A DNA stretch of 64,000 nucleotides from Holophagales bacterium UBA5066 (GCA_002414905.1 DIAY01000284.1:354-64353); one strand, 5' to 3'. Positions 34,510 to 43,882 are shown, counted from the first letter of the stretch. Numbers and translations are program-made. The notes: generated from the letters alone by a model not told the origin.

Positions 34510-35415
34510 ATGAAACGAAACGAGGCGTGTCGTGTCGTCGCTCTCGGAGCGATCGTCGTTCTGGCTGCGGCCCGGCCGGCAGCGGGGCAGAGCAACGTGA
34601 AGGTCGTCTTGGCCGAGGTCGTCGACGACCGGATCTCTGCGGGAATGGCGTCGGGCGGGCTCGTCCTGATGCTGAACCTGGAAGGCGACGGGCTGGACGC
34701 GGTGAAGTCGATGCGGATTCGTCTCAAGGAGGCGAAGGACGACACGGGCAAGAGTCTCCTCGCCGCGAAGTCCTCCGCCCCCGATTTCAGCGACCGCAAC
34801 AGCAACGGCGGGAACGTTGAGGTCTCTCTTGCGAACCCTCCGCGGGATGCGACGTCGGTGCGGATTGCGGGAACCGCGGACCTGTTCGTGCCCGGGAAGG
34901 ACCCGAACAGCGTCGTCAAGATCCCGGGCTTCCTCGCACGGCCGGGAAAGCCGGTCCCGTCGAAGGGACTCCTGGCCGCGAAGGTCGAGGTGACGGTTCT
35001 GTCGAAGGAGCGCTACGTCGAGGAGCGGAAGAAAAATCGACTCGACGAAAAGAAGATCGCCGCGATTCGCGCCGAGGCGAAGGAGCGAGGGATGAAAGAC
35101 GAGGAGATCGGGGCCATGATCGAGATGGCGAAGGCCTTCGACGAGATGGGGGAGTCGGACTTTCCCGAACACGGCCTTTACCTGCAGATTCCGAAGGAGA
35201 GCGAGGAGAAGATCCAGGAGCTCCGGCTTGAGACTCCCTCGGGCGAGCGGATCGAGACGGGAGGATCGTCCTCGCGCACGGACGAGGCGATGGTCCTGAA
35301 GCAGCTCGACGTCAAGAAGGCTCTTCCGAAGGATGCCGTTCTCGTCCTCAGCCTGTTCACCCAGAAGGCCATCGTCCCCGTTCCGTTCGACATCAAGGAG
35401 GTCCCGCTCCCGTGA
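34510..35415 (+). CDS. Secreted protein of unknown family (paralog A of a tandem pair)
   Basis: GGGAGG sits 5 nt before ATG 34510. Signal peptide MKRNEACRVVALGAIVVLAAARPAAG/Q. No family recognised. Shares blocks with the next ORF (NPPRxA, LxxPGxDPN, GKP, VExxVLS, a K/E-rich helix, C-terminal VPLP). Confidence 0.6.
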   Translation: MKRNEACRVVALGAIVVLAAARPAAGQSNVKVVLAEVVDDRISAGMASGGLVLMLNLEGDGLDAVKSMRIRLKEAKDDTGKSLLAAKSSAPDFSDRNSNGGNVEVSLANPPRDATSVRIAGTADLFVPGKDPNSVVKIPGFLARPGKPVPSKGLLAAKVEVTVLSKERYVEERKKNRLDEKKIAAIRAEAKERGMKDEEIGAMIEMAKAFDEMGESDFPEHGLYLQIPKESEEKIQELRLETPSGERIETGGSSSRTDEAMVLKQLDVKKALPKDAVLVLSLFTQKAIVPVPFDIKEVPLP

Positions 35416-36365
35416 CTCCGAACCGTCGTTCCCTCCTCCTCCCATTCCTCCTCGTGACGGCCCTGCACGGATTCCCGGCGGCCGGGCAATCGAAGGCGAA
35501 GTCGAAATCCGCGACGCCCGCGAGGAATGCGACCCCGGCGCCGGCGAAGGCGACCCCGGTGAACGCCACACTGAAGTCGGTCCAGGATCGCCGATCCGCG
35601 GGTCACTTCCCTCGCTGCACGCTCGGGATCGAGCTGCCCGACCTTCCGGCGGTGGATGTGAAGGCGTCGCGCGTCGTCGTCGTGAAGGCGGTCGACGACC
35701 TCGGGACGAACCTCGTCCGTGAGGACGCGGCCGATGCTCGTCTCGAGCCGACCCAGCGGGGTCAGTTTGGAAGGCCGAAGGAAGGACCTGCGCCTCCGAC
35801 GATCGTCTTCGCCGAGCTGAAGAACCCTCCGCGCAAGGCGAAGATGCTGAAGGAGGTCTCGGGAGAGATCGAGCTCTACATCCCGGGCCGCGATCCGAAC
35901 GGCGAGGCGGACTTCCCGAAGATCCTGTCGATGGCCGGCAAGCCCCTCGCTCACGCGGCGCTGAAGGCGAACGGGGTCGAGATTTCGGTGCTGTCCGAGG
36001 CGCAGATCGGCGTCGAGCGGAAGAAGGCCGGGGAGGCCGAGAAGGCGAAAGCCAGGAAGGAAGGCATCACCGATGAGGACACGATCCGCTCGATGGTCGA
36101 GTACGCCGTCGACTCGTTCCCGAAGGGGGGCGAGGGGCAGATCGTCCTTCGCGTGAAAGACCCGAACAAGACGATCCAGGACTTCAAGATGGCGGACGGC
36201 GAGGGGAACCCGCAGTTCAACGGGAAGTCCGACGAGGCAGGGTTCACGATTCTCGAATTCTGGGGCGACAAGCCGAAGCCCGACTGGTCGATAAAGGTCC
36301 TGATGCAGTCGGACAGGAGCCTCGTCCGGCATACGTTCGTCTTCAGGGACGTTCCGCTACCGTGA
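35412..36365 (+). CDS. Secreted protein of unknown family (paralog B of a tandem pair)
   Basis: GTGA overlap with paralog A. Signal peptide SLLLPFLLVTALHGFPAAG/Q. An S/K/A/T/P-rich linker, then the same conserved blocks and a C-terminal FRDVPLP. Confidence 0.6.
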   Translation: MTPNRRSLLLPFLLVTALHGFPAAGQSKAKSKSATPARNATPAPAKATPVNATLKSVQDRRSAGHFPRCTLGIELPDLPAVDVKASRVVVVKAVDDLGTNLVREDAADARLEPTQRGQFGRPKEGPAPPTIVFAELKNPPRKAKMLKEVSGEIELYIPGRDPNGEADFPKILSMAGKPLAHAALKANGVEISVLSEAQIGVERKKAGEAEKAKARKEGITDEDTIRSMVEYAVDSFPKGGEGQIVLRVKDPNKTIQDFKMADGEGNPQFNGKSDEAGFTILEFWGDKPKPDWSIKVLMQSDRSLVRHTFVFRDVPLP

Positions 36366-36377
36366 GGGGAGAGTCCG

Positions 36378-36409
36378 CGCCTGCCCGGCCCGTTTCAGGG
36401 CCGGGCAGG
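36378..36409 (+). terminator. Perfect 13-bp GC hairpin 13 nt after the paralog-B stop
   Basis: GCCTGCCCGGCCC-GTTTCA-GGGCCGGGCAGGC. No U-tract, which is common in high-GC genomes. Confidence 0.55.
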
Positions 36410-36451
36410 CGGTGGGCTCGGTCGCCACGGCGGTAGAATGGGCGGTTGAAG

Positions 36452-37366
36452 ATGGCCGCCGACAAAGAGCTTCCGGACGTTCAGACGCGACTCAAGGACT
36501 CCTACCACGACTTCCCTGAGGCGATGCGCCGCATTGCGGACGCGCTCATGTCCGACTCGCTCCTGGGCGCCCTCTGGGGCATCGAGTCGATGGCCGAGCG
36601 GGCGAACGTGAGCATCGGCACGGTCGCGAGGTTCTCGAAGCGTCTCGGTTACCGGGGCTTCAGCGAGTTCCGCGACGCGCTCCGCACCGCCTGCCAGATC
36701 CGCTCCGAGGGGGACCCGCTCGAGGCTCTCGAGGCGCCGACGGACCCGTTCTGGGCACTCTCGGAGGTCGTCCGTCGCGACCAGGACAACCTGAACCGGC
36801 TGCTTCAGACTCTCGACGCCACGACGCTCGACGCGGCGACGCAGCTCCTGGTGAAGGCCGAGCACCGTCTCCTCCTCGGCCGCGGCGTCTCTCACGTCAT
36901 GTGTCAGGTGCTCGCCTTCAACCTCACGCAGGCGGGCCTCCCGTGTATCGCGGCGATCACCTCCGACTTCTCGAGCCAGGTGGCGAACCTCGGATCGCGC
37001 GATCTCCTCGTCGTCGTCAGCTGCGCCCCGTTCAGCCGCGAGACGGTGGACGCCGCGGCCTTCGCGAAGCGGTGCGGCATCCCGGTCCTCGCCTTCAGCG
37101 ACCGGAAAGACTCCCCGCTCGCCGCCAGCGCGAGCGTCACGATCACCCTCCCCTCGGAAGACTTCCTCTTCAGCTTCGGTCTGTCGACCTTCTCGGTCCT
37201 CTCGCACGCCTTCGCGATCGCCGTCGCCTCGAAGGACTCGGCGGGTACGAAGCGCCGGATTCAGGCTGCCGACGAGGTTGCGCAGCCACTCTTCGTCGAG
37301 CGATGGCTGCCGATGCAGCCGGGAGCGATCCGGGTTACGAGGCCGGCAAAACCGGACAAGGACTGA
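36452..37366 (+). CDS. MurR/RpiR-family transcriptional regulator (HTH_6 + SIS domain)
   Basis: FPEAMRRIADALMSD...IESMAERANVSIGTVARFSKRLGYRGFSEFRDAL (HTH). A SIS-like region has GRGVSHVMCQVLAFNL and LLVVVSCAPFSRETV. The start could be ATG 36452 or TTG 36446. Confidence 0.75.
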   Translation: MAADKELPDVQTRLKDSYHDFPEAMRRIADALMSDSLLGALWGIESMAERANVSIGTVARFSKRLGYRGFSEFRDALRTACQIRSEGDPLEALEAPTDPFWALSEVVRRDQDNLNRLLQTLDATTLDAATQLLVKAEHRLLLGRGVSHVMCQVLAFNLTQAGLPCIAAITSDFSSQVANLGSRDLLVVVSCAPFSRETVDAAAFAKRCGIPVLAFSDRKDSPLAASASVTITLPSEDFLFSFGLSTFSVLSHAFAIAVASKDSAGTKRRIQAADEVAQPLFVERWLPMQPGAIRVTRPAKPDKD

Positions 37367-37390
37367 GAGGTCGCCGAAGCCGGCCCACGC

Positions 37391-38182
37391 TCAGGGGGCG
37401 AGCGCGAGGATCGCCTCGAGGACGCCCCCTGCAATGGCCCGGGCCTTGTCGGAGATCGAAAAGCAGCTCTCTCTGATGAACCGCGGGTCGACGTCGGCGA
37501 TCTTGAAGCCCGCGGGCACCTCGAGTCCGGGGCGGATCATTCCGCGCACGACGCCTCCGATCGGAGCGGAGACGACGACCGCACCGATGGAGAGGAGCGG
37601 CTCTCCCGCCTCCACGGTGTCGCCGATGGCGCGGATCGGCGTGGCGACTCCGGCGCTCGGCGAGTGAACGACCCGCCGGGCACCCTGGCCCGCGATGAGG
37701 CCGGGCTCTCCGGTGTTCTGCTCGGCGCCTCCGGAGAGGATCACCCGCCCGAGGTCGTGACCGCGGTTCGTCTCGATGACGGCGTGGACGTCGCGCCCCG
37801 CCTCGAAGCCCGGGCCGAGCGCGACGACGACCGGGGCCATGTCGATCCGGGTACCGAGATTCTTCTTGGCGACGATCGCGTCGACGAGGGCGACGGGGGA
37901 GAGCCGTCCGAGGACCCGGCATTCCGGGTCCTCGAGAAGGGGAACCTCACCCGCTTTCCATTTAGCCGGCAGGTCCTGGCACCGGAAGGCGCGAACGCCC
38001 TCCACCGTGGCGAAGCCGTCGTACATCGCCTCGGAGAGGCTCACGGTCCTCCGGATGGCGAGCGGTGTCGCGGTTTCGAGCGCGACGACCCGGAAGCCCG
38101 AGCGGACGAGCCGCACGATGCAACCCGTGCCGAGGTCGCCCGCGCCCCGAACGACGACGAGACTCCCGCCGACGAGGCTCAT
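37391..38182 (-). CDS. yqeB: YqeB-family selenium-dependent molybdenum hydroxylase system protein
   Basis: The ATG overlaps the yqeC stop (ATGA). LVVVRGAGDLGTGCIVRLVRSGFRVVALETATPLAIRRTVSLSEAMYDG...DAIVAKKNLGT...HAVIETNRGHDLGRVI. 263 aa. Only the C-terminal part of track ORF 37391..39001 is real. Confidence 0.8.
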   Translation of the reverse strand: MSLVGGSLVVVRGAGDLGTGCIVRLVRSGFRVVALETATPLAIRRTVSLSEAMYDGFATVEGVRAFRCQDLPAKWKAGEVPLLEDPECRVLGRLSPVALVDAIVAKKNLGTRIDMAPVVVALGPGFEAGRDVHAVIETNRGHDLGRVILSGGAEQNTGEPGLIAGQGARRVVHSPSAGVATPIRAIGDTVEAGEPLLSIGAVVVSAPIGGVVRGMIRPGLEVPAGFKIADVDPRFIRESCFSISDKARAIAGGVLEAILALAP

Positions 38183-38955
38183 CGGGCGGGTTCCCGTCGG
38201 GCGGTGAAGAAATACCGCCCGCCGTCCTGCTCGCCGCTCAGGAGGACGAGGTCTGCATCGAGCGCCGAGAGCTGGCCGGGCGACGGGAGGAACGGGGACT
38301 CGTCGACCTTGTTGAGGAGGACGACGCGCCGGCCGTGAGTCCGTGCAAAGAGCCCTTCGGGATGGCGCGCGAGCGCCACGAGGTGGTCCCAGACGATCGG
38401 GTCTCCCGGCGCGCAGCCGGTGACGGCGGCGAAGCGTCCCGGGCGGTGGACCGTGCGCTCGTCCATCGGCCACCCGAGGGCGTCGAGGCCGATGACGCCG
38501 ACGACGAGATCGGTCTCGTCCGGCACGACCGGCTCGTACGGTGCTGGAGCCTTGATCGGAAGCCGCCTCGACCCGTCGGCCTCGACCAGGACGAGTCCCC
38601 ACGTACTTCGCAGCCGGGCGATGTGCGACGGATGGATGCCCTTCAGCTTCCCCGCCTCGTCCGCGGGCCGGGCGACGAGGAGCGTGATCCCGGCGAGCGG
38701 CTCCGGATCGGCCGGAACCTCCCCCGCGGCCGGAGGTTCGAGGTCGGGGCGGAAGACGATCCTCACGTCGTTCCCTTCGCCCCCGTTGCGCGTGTCGGCG
38801 AGCTGGGTCGTGGTCGTGACGAGGACCGGACGCCCGTCCGAAGCGAGCTCGCGGGCGAAGTGCAGCAGCAGGCTCGTCTTTCCGCCCGCGCCGACGAACG
38901 ACACGACTCCAGAGCCCCCGGGAAGCAGGGGAAGGAGGACGTCTGCGAGTCTCAG
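38179..38955 (-). CDS. yqeC: YqeC-family selenium-dependent hydroxylase accessory protein (P-loop)
   Basis: VVSFVGAGGKTSLLLHFARELASDGRPVLVTTTT...LVLVEADGSRRLPIKAPAPYEPVVP...VVLLNKVD. The start is unresolved: either CTG 38955 overlapping the xdhC stop (CTGA) or GTG 38904. Confidence 0.75.
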   Translation of the reverse strand: MRLADVLLPLLPGGSGVVSFVGAGGKTSLLLHFARELASDGRPVLVTTTTQLADTRNGGEGNDVRIVFRPDLEPPAAGEVPADPEPLAGITLLVARPADEAGKLKGIHPSHIARLRSTWGLVLVEADGSRRLPIKAPAPYEPVVPDETDLVVGVIGLDALGWPMDERTVHRPGRFAAVTGCAPGDPIVWDHLVALARHPEGLFARTHGRRVVLLNKVDESPFLPSPGQLSALDADLVLLSGEQDGGRYFFTARREPAR

Positions 38956-39983
38956 GACGCGCTTCGTCGCGCTCTCCCCGAGATCCCGGCATTCGGGACA
39001 CCGCGACGAACTGCCACGAGCTCGCCGACGATCGAGACCGCGAGCTCCTCGGGGGTCTCGGCGCCGATGTCGAGGCCGATCGGCGCGTGGACGGCCTCGA
39101 CCTTCGCCCGGTCGAAGCCGTCCGCGATCGCCTGCTCCAGGATGAGGCGGACTTTCTTCCGGCTCCCGATCATCCCCGCGTAGCGCCACGGCTTGCCGAG
39201 GACGGCACGGAGCGACTCGAGGTCGGCGAGGTGGCCTCGGGTGACGATGACGACGTAGGCGGAGGCATCCCAGGGGAACGCGTCGACAGCCTCCGTGTAG
39301 CCGCTCGGGAGGGTCTCCACCCCCGCCGGATACCGTTCCGGCGAAAGGAACTCGGCCCGGTCGTCTGCGACGGTGACGGTGAAGCCGACGGCGTCGGCCG
39401 CGGCGGCGACGGCGCGGCCGACGTGGCCGCCTCCGAGGACGAGGAGCCTCTCGGGCGGCAGGAGCGGGTCGTAGAAGACGCCGGCCTCCGCATCGAGGAG
39501 CGGCTTGCCCTGCTCGAGGAGGCGCCGCGCCGTCGCGGCGTCGGCGCCCTCGGGAGCCTCGGGGGTGAAGGCGCCCGTCGCATCGAAGACGGCGCTCTGC
39601 CCGGTCGCGGTGCGCCGGACGAGGACCGCCCGCTCGCCGCGGGAGAGAAGCTCCCGCGCCGCGGTGTAGGCGGCCTTCGACGCGACCGGCTCGACGAGGA
39701 TCCGGGCCGTCCCCCCGCAGACCATATCCGGCCCTTCGGCCGCCGTCCCGAGCTTTGCGACCTCGAGGTCGCGCGCCTCTCCGTCGGCGAGCGCCTCGCG
39801 GGCCGCTTCGAGGACGAGCGCCTCACCTCCGCCGCCTCCGACGGAGCCGGCGAGAAGGCCACCTCGTCCCACGAGCATCCAGGAGCCCGGGTGGCGTGGC
39901 GCCGAACCCTTCACCTGCATCACGGTGCAGAGGACGAGCGGCTCCCGGGCCGCGAGGAGGAGGTCGAGAAGGGCGAGGCTCAC
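38952..39983 (-). CDS. xdhC: XdhC/CoxI-family molybdenum-cofactor insertion chaperone
   Basis: The GTG overlaps the hydroxylase stop (GTGA). LVLCTVMQVKGSAPRHPGSWMLV...GGGGGEA...LLVLGGGHVGRAVAAAADAVGFTVTVADDR...VIVTRGH..D...YAGMIGSRKKV...HAPIGLDIGAETPEE. Confidence 0.85.
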   Translation of the reverse strand: MSLALLDLLLAAREPLVLCTVMQVKGSAPRHPGSWMLVGRGGLLAGSVGGGGGEALVLEAAREALADGEARDLEVAKLGTAAEGPDMVCGGTARILVEPVASKAAYTAARELLSRGERAVLVRRTATGQSAVFDATGAFTPEAPEGADAATARRLLEQGKPLLDAEAGVFYDPLLPPERLLVLGGGHVGRAVAAAADAVGFTVTVADDRAEFLSPERYPAGVETLPSGYTEAVDAFPWDASAYVVIVTRGHLADLESLRAVLGKPWRYAGMIGSRKKVRLILEQAIADGFDRAKVEAVHAPIGLDIGAETPEELAVSIVGELVAVRRGVPNAGISGRARRSAS

Positions 39984-42601
39984 GCCTTCTTCTTCCGGCT
40001 GTAGGGCGTCCCCGCGAGCGGCAGCTCCGTCCGGAAGACGCCGTCGCGGAGGAAATACGCGCCGGCGACGGCGGGGGCCGTCGGGATCGTCGCGATCTCG
40101 CCGAGGCCCTTGGCGCCCCTGGCGAGGGGCGAGAGGTTCTTCTCGACGATGATGGATTCGATGGGCGGGACTTTCGCCGCCTTGAAGAGGCCGAGCGTGC
40201 CGTACTTGACCTGCGGCTCACCCTCCTTCAGCGGGAAGTCTTCGGTCAGGGCGAAGCCGAGGCCCATGACGACGCCCCCTTCGATCTGCGACTCGACCTG
40301 GACCGGGTTGATCGCCCGGCCGATGTCGTGCGCGGCGACGACCTTCTCGAGCATCCCGTCGCCGTCGAGGAGGACGACATGGACGGCGTAGGAGTAGGAG
40401 ACGTGGCTCACGGGGTTCGGCTTGTCGGAGGCGAAGGGGTCGGTAACGCCTGCGAACTCGGCGTAGTACTCCTTCCCCTCGAGCGCCTCGAGCGTCGCAC
40501 CGTCGAGATCCTGCTTCAGCGCCCGGGCTGCCCGGCAGGCGGCCTCGCCCGTGAAGAGGGTCTGGCGGGAGGCCGTGGTCGTCCCGCTGTTCGGGGAGGT
40601 CGCGGTGTCGGGCTGGGCGACGGTGATCCTCTCCCACGGGAGCCCGGTGATCTCGGCGACGAACTGCATCAGGACGGAGGCGAGCCCCTGGCCCATGCAC
40701 GCGGCGCTCGTGTAGACGACCGCCTGCCCGTTCTCGACCTTCAGGCGGACCCGCCCGACGTCGGGGAGCCCGACGCCGATCCCGGCGTTCTTCAGCGCGC
40801 ACGCGATCCCCGCGTCGGGACGCTTCTCGCAGAGCTCCTTCACGGCGAGAAGGCATTCCTTCAAGGCCGTCCCCTGGTCGGTGATCTGGCCGTTCGGGAG
40901 AACGTCGCCGGGCCCGACGGCGTTGCGCCACCGGATCTCCCACGGGCTGACGCCCACCTCCTTCGCGAGGAGGTTCATGCACGATTCCATCGCGAAGCAC
41001 GACTGCGTGACGCCGAAGCCGCGGAAGGCGCCGCCAGGAGGGTTGTTCGTGTAGACCCCGGTCCCGATCATCTCGACGTTCGGAATCGTGTAGCCGCCCG
41101 CACCGTGCGTGCAGGCGCGCTGGAGGACCGGCCCGCCGAGCGAGGCGTAGGCGCCGGTGTCCTCGAGGATGTCTGCCTTCACCGCGGTGACCCGCCCCTC
41201 GGCATCGGCGGCGACGGTGTACTTCATCTCCATCGCGTGCCGCTTCGGGTGGACGCGGATCGACTCCTGCCGGTCGAGCGTCACCTTCGCCGGCGCCCCC
41301 GTCTTCCAGGCGAGAAGCGCGGCGTGATGCTGGACGATGAGGTCCTCCTTGCCGCCGAAGCCGCCGCCGACGTAGGCGCTGATCACGTTCACGCTCTCGG
41401 GTGCGACACCGAGGACGCCGACGATCCCCTTGTGGTCGTCGTAGATGCTCTGCGTTCCCGTGTAGACGGTCATCGTGCCGTCCTCGTGCGGGATCGCGAG
41501 GGCGCTCTCGGGCTCCATGAAGGCGTGCTCGGTCTCGGGGGTCCGGAACGTCTCCCTTATGACGTACGCCGCGGAAGCGATCGCCGCGTCCGGGTCGCCG
41601 CGCTTGAGGACCGTCCTGGCGAGGAGGTTCCCCTTCGGGTGGAGCTTCGGGGCGTCGTCGTCGAGCGCCCGCCGGGCGTCGACGAGGGGCGGAAGGACCT
41701 CGTGCTCGAGGCGGATCCGCTTTACCGCTTCCTTGGCGATCTCGCGCGTCTCGGCGGCGACGAGGGCGATCGCGTCGCCGATATAGCGCGTCTCCTCGCC
41801 GACGGCGATCATCGCCGGCCAGTCGTGGATGATGTGCCCCTGGTGCCTCTCGCCCGGGACGTCCTGGGCGGTCATCACGGCCACGACGCCCGGCATCGCG
41901 AGCGCCTCGCTCGCGTCGATCCCGAGGACCTTTACCCGTGCCTTCGGCGGGCGAAGGACAGCCCCGTGGAGCATCCCGGGGACCTTCATGTCGTCGACGT
42001 AGATGGCCCCGCCGAGGACCTTCTCGCGGGCATCGGCCCGGAGGATCTTCGCGCCGACGGAGAGCGGCACCGCGTGCTCGCCGGGGACCTCGCCCCCTTC
42101 ACGAAGGAGTCGCGCCGCGTCCTGGATCCCCTTCTCGATCTTCACGTACCCCGTGCAACGGCACATACTGAACTGGAGAGCCTTCTCGATCTCCTCGGAC
42201 GCCGGCTCCGGTTGGGCGTCGACGAGCCCCTTGGCCGTCATCACCATTCCCGGCATGCAGAAGCCGCACTGGACGGCGCCGGCGCTGGCGAACGCCCACG
42301 AGTAGACGTCCTTCTCCCGCTCCGAGAGACCCTCGACCGTGACGATGCTTTTTCCGGCGACCTTCTCCGTCGTCGTGAGGCAGGAGCGGGTCGGCTTGCC
42401 GTCGACGAGGACCATGCAGGCACCACATGACCCCTCGGAACAGCCGTTCTTCACCGAGGTGAGGTTCAGCTCCTCGCGGAGGAACGGCATGAGCTTGACG
42501 TCCTTGCCGGACGTGACCTCCTTCCCGTTCACGCGGAAGGTCTGGGCCAGAGGCTCGCCCGAAACCACGTCCTTTGTCCCTTCCACCTGCGTCGTCGACA
42601 T
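39980..42601 (-). CDS. xdhD: Fused [2Fe-2S]/molybdopterin hydroxylase of the XdhD / selenium-dependent xanthine dehydrogenase type (no FAD subunit)
   Basis: GGGAGGTGG precedes ATG 42601. The N-terminus carries CSEGSCGACMVLVDG and QCGFCMPGMVM...CRCTGY (two 2Fe-2S sites). A large aldehyde oxidase/XDH Moco domain follows (GGGFGGKE, AFRGFG). 873 aa. Confidence 0.85.
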   Translation of the reverse strand: MSTTQVEGTKDVVSGEPLAQTFRVNGKEVTSGKDVKLMPFLREELNLTSVKNGCSEGSCGACMVLVDGKPTRSCLTTTEKVAGKSIVTVEGLSEREKDVYSWAFASAGAVQCGFCMPGMVMTAKGLVDAQPEPASEEIEKALQFSMCRCTGYVKIEKGIQDAARLLREGGEVPGEHAVPLSVGAKILRADAREKVLGGAIYVDDMKVPGMLHGAVLRPPKARVKVLGIDASEALAMPGVVAVMTAQDVPGERHQGHIIHDWPAMIAVGEETRYIGDAIALVAAETREIAKEAVKRIRLEHEVLPPLVDARRALDDDAPKLHPKGNLLARTVLKRGDPDAAIASAAYVIRETFRTPETEHAFMEPESALAIPHEDGTMTVYTGTQSIYDDHKGIVGVLGVAPESVNVISAYVGGGFGGKEDLIVQHHAALLAWKTGAPAKVTLDRQESIRVHPKRHAMEMKYTVAADAEGRVTAVKADILEDTGAYASLGGPVLQRACTHGAGGYTIPNVEMIGTGVYTNNPPGGAFRGFGVTQSCFAMESCMNLLAKEVGVSPWEIRWRNAVGPGDVLPNGQITDQGTALKECLLAVKELCEKRPDAGIACALKNAGIGVGLPDVGRVRLKVENGQAVVYTSAACMGQGLASVLMQFVAEITGLPWERITVAQPDTATSPNSGTTTASRQTLFTGEAACRAARALKQDLDGATLEALEGKEYYAEFAGVTDPFASDKPNPVSHVSYSYAVHVVLLDGDGMLEKVVAAHDIGRAINPVQVESQIEGGVVMGLGFALTEDFPLKEGEPQVKYGTLGLFKAAKVPPIESIIVEKNLSPLARGAKGLGEIATIPTAPAVAGAYFLRDGVFRTELPLAGTPYSRKKKA

Positions 42602-42659
42602 GCACCACCTCCCTGGGAGATATCAGTCTAGGCCAGCGCGGGCCGGTTCGGAGCGGCCC

Positions 42660-43859
42660 TCAGCGGGCCACGGTGAGGATCGTCCCGATCTCCTCGGGGG
42701 AACGCCCGACGATGGCCTGGAAATGACCCCGGTCCGTCGCCCCTTCGGTAATCATGAGAAGAACGGTCTTGTCCGGCCCCAGGAGGCCGCTGTCGCGGAA
42801 CTCGGCTGTAGAGCCGTCGCCGTGGAGCGCGGCGAGCGTTCCGAGCGCGGCCGCCCCGGTTTCCCCGGCGACGACTCCCGCGTCCGCAAGCCCTCTCATT
42901 GCCTCGCGCGCCCGCTCATCTCCGATGGAGACCATCCAGTCCACTCCCGTCGAGACTCTCGGCCAGGCGACGGGCGAGGGGAGTCCGCAATTGAGGCCGA
43001 CCATGATGGAGCGGTGCGGCCCGGGGACGGCCGTCATCTCTCCCGCCCGCGCCGACACCTGGATGCAGTTCGCATCCGCCGGCTCCACGCCGACGAGAGC
43101 ACCCTTCCAGGGACGGCTCCGGTAGTAGCTCACGGCGGCCGCCATGAAGGCGCCGACCCCCATCGGGACGACGACGACATCCGGCGCGCCGATTCCCGCG
43201 GCCGCGAGCGCCTGCTCGATCTCCATGAAGATCGTCGTGTAGCCGTCGACGACCCGCCGGGGTGTCACGTCGTAGCCGGGCCAGGAGGTGTCGGAGATGA
43301 CGAGGCACTTGTCGCTCGCCTCTTCCGCGGAAAGGGCGACGGCGGCGTCGTAGTCGCCGTCGACGACGGTCACCTCGGCCCCCTCGTTCTGGATCGCGTG
43401 GATCCGGGCGGGGACCGTCCCGGCAGGGACGAAGATCCGGCACCCGAACCCGAGGAGGCGAGCCATGAAGGCGACCGCGCGACCGTGGTTTCCGTCGGTC
43501 GCCGCCGCCAGCGAGAAGGGACGGAGGTAGCCGATGCGGCGCGAGAGGTCGTTGATGTTCGCCCAGGGCTCCGGATCGAATCCGAGATGGTCGCAGAGCG
43601 CCCGGTAGGTCGCCCAGGACGCGCCGAGGATCTTGAAGCTCGGCAAGCCGAGCCTCTGCGTTTCCGCCTTCACCAGAACACGTCCCACGCCGTAGCGGTG
43701 GGCGAGCTCCGGACAGTCATAGAGAGTCGTGGCGCGGTACGCGGGCATTCGCCGATGGAACGTCCAGACCGAGGGGTCCGGAACCGGCCAGCGGGTCTCG
43801 GGTCTGGCGAGCGGGTTTCGGAGGAGCGTTGCCTCCGGGGAGAGGGTCGTGGCGTTCAT
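42660..43859 (-). CDS. dpaL: Diaminopropionate ammonia-lyase (YgeX type, PLP fold II)
   Basis: GGAGG sits 7 nt before ATG 43859. VLVKAETQRLGLPSFKILGASWA (PLP Lys), AATDGNHGRAVA, VVVPMGVGAF. Confidence 0.85.
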   Translation of the reverse strand: MNATTLSPEATLLRNPLARPETRWPVPDPSVWTFHRRMPAYRATTLYDCPELAHRYGVGRVLVKAETQRLGLPSFKILGASWATYRALCDHLGFDPEPWANINDLSRRIGYLRPFSLAAATDGNHGRAVAFMARLLGFGCRIFVPAGTVPARIHAIQNEGAEVTVVDGDYDAAVALSAEEASDKCLVISDTSWPGYDVTPRRVVDGYTTIFMEIEQALAAAGIGAPDVVVVPMGVGAFMAAAVSYYRSRPWKGALVGVEPADANCIQVSARAGEMTAVPGPHRSIMVGLNCGLPSPVAWPRVSTGVDWMVSIGDERAREAMRGLADAGVVAGETGAAALGTLAALHGDGSTAEFRDSGLLGPDKTVLLMITEGATDRGHFQAIVGRSPEEIGTILTVAR

Positions 43860-43882
43860 ATTTCAGCCTCCGGGAGTCGGGG

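Noticed and set aside
34078-36409. tRNA-Glu/tRNA-Lys pair as the attachment site of a genomic island carrying the two unknown secreted proteins
   Set aside because: There is no integrase, recombinase or phage gene. I could not find a direct repeat of either tRNA 3' end downstream. Composition and codon usage look native.
36434-36452. TAGAAT -10-like hexamer 12 nt before the rpiR ATG, suggesting a leaderless or very short-leader transcript
   Set aside because: No convincing -35 or extended -10 element is present. A single hexamer match is expected by chance.
39755-42430. 891-aa plus-strand ORF
   Set aside because: It is antisense to the xdhD-type hydroxylase and xdhC. It is low-complexity (R/D/G/L/P) with no motifs.
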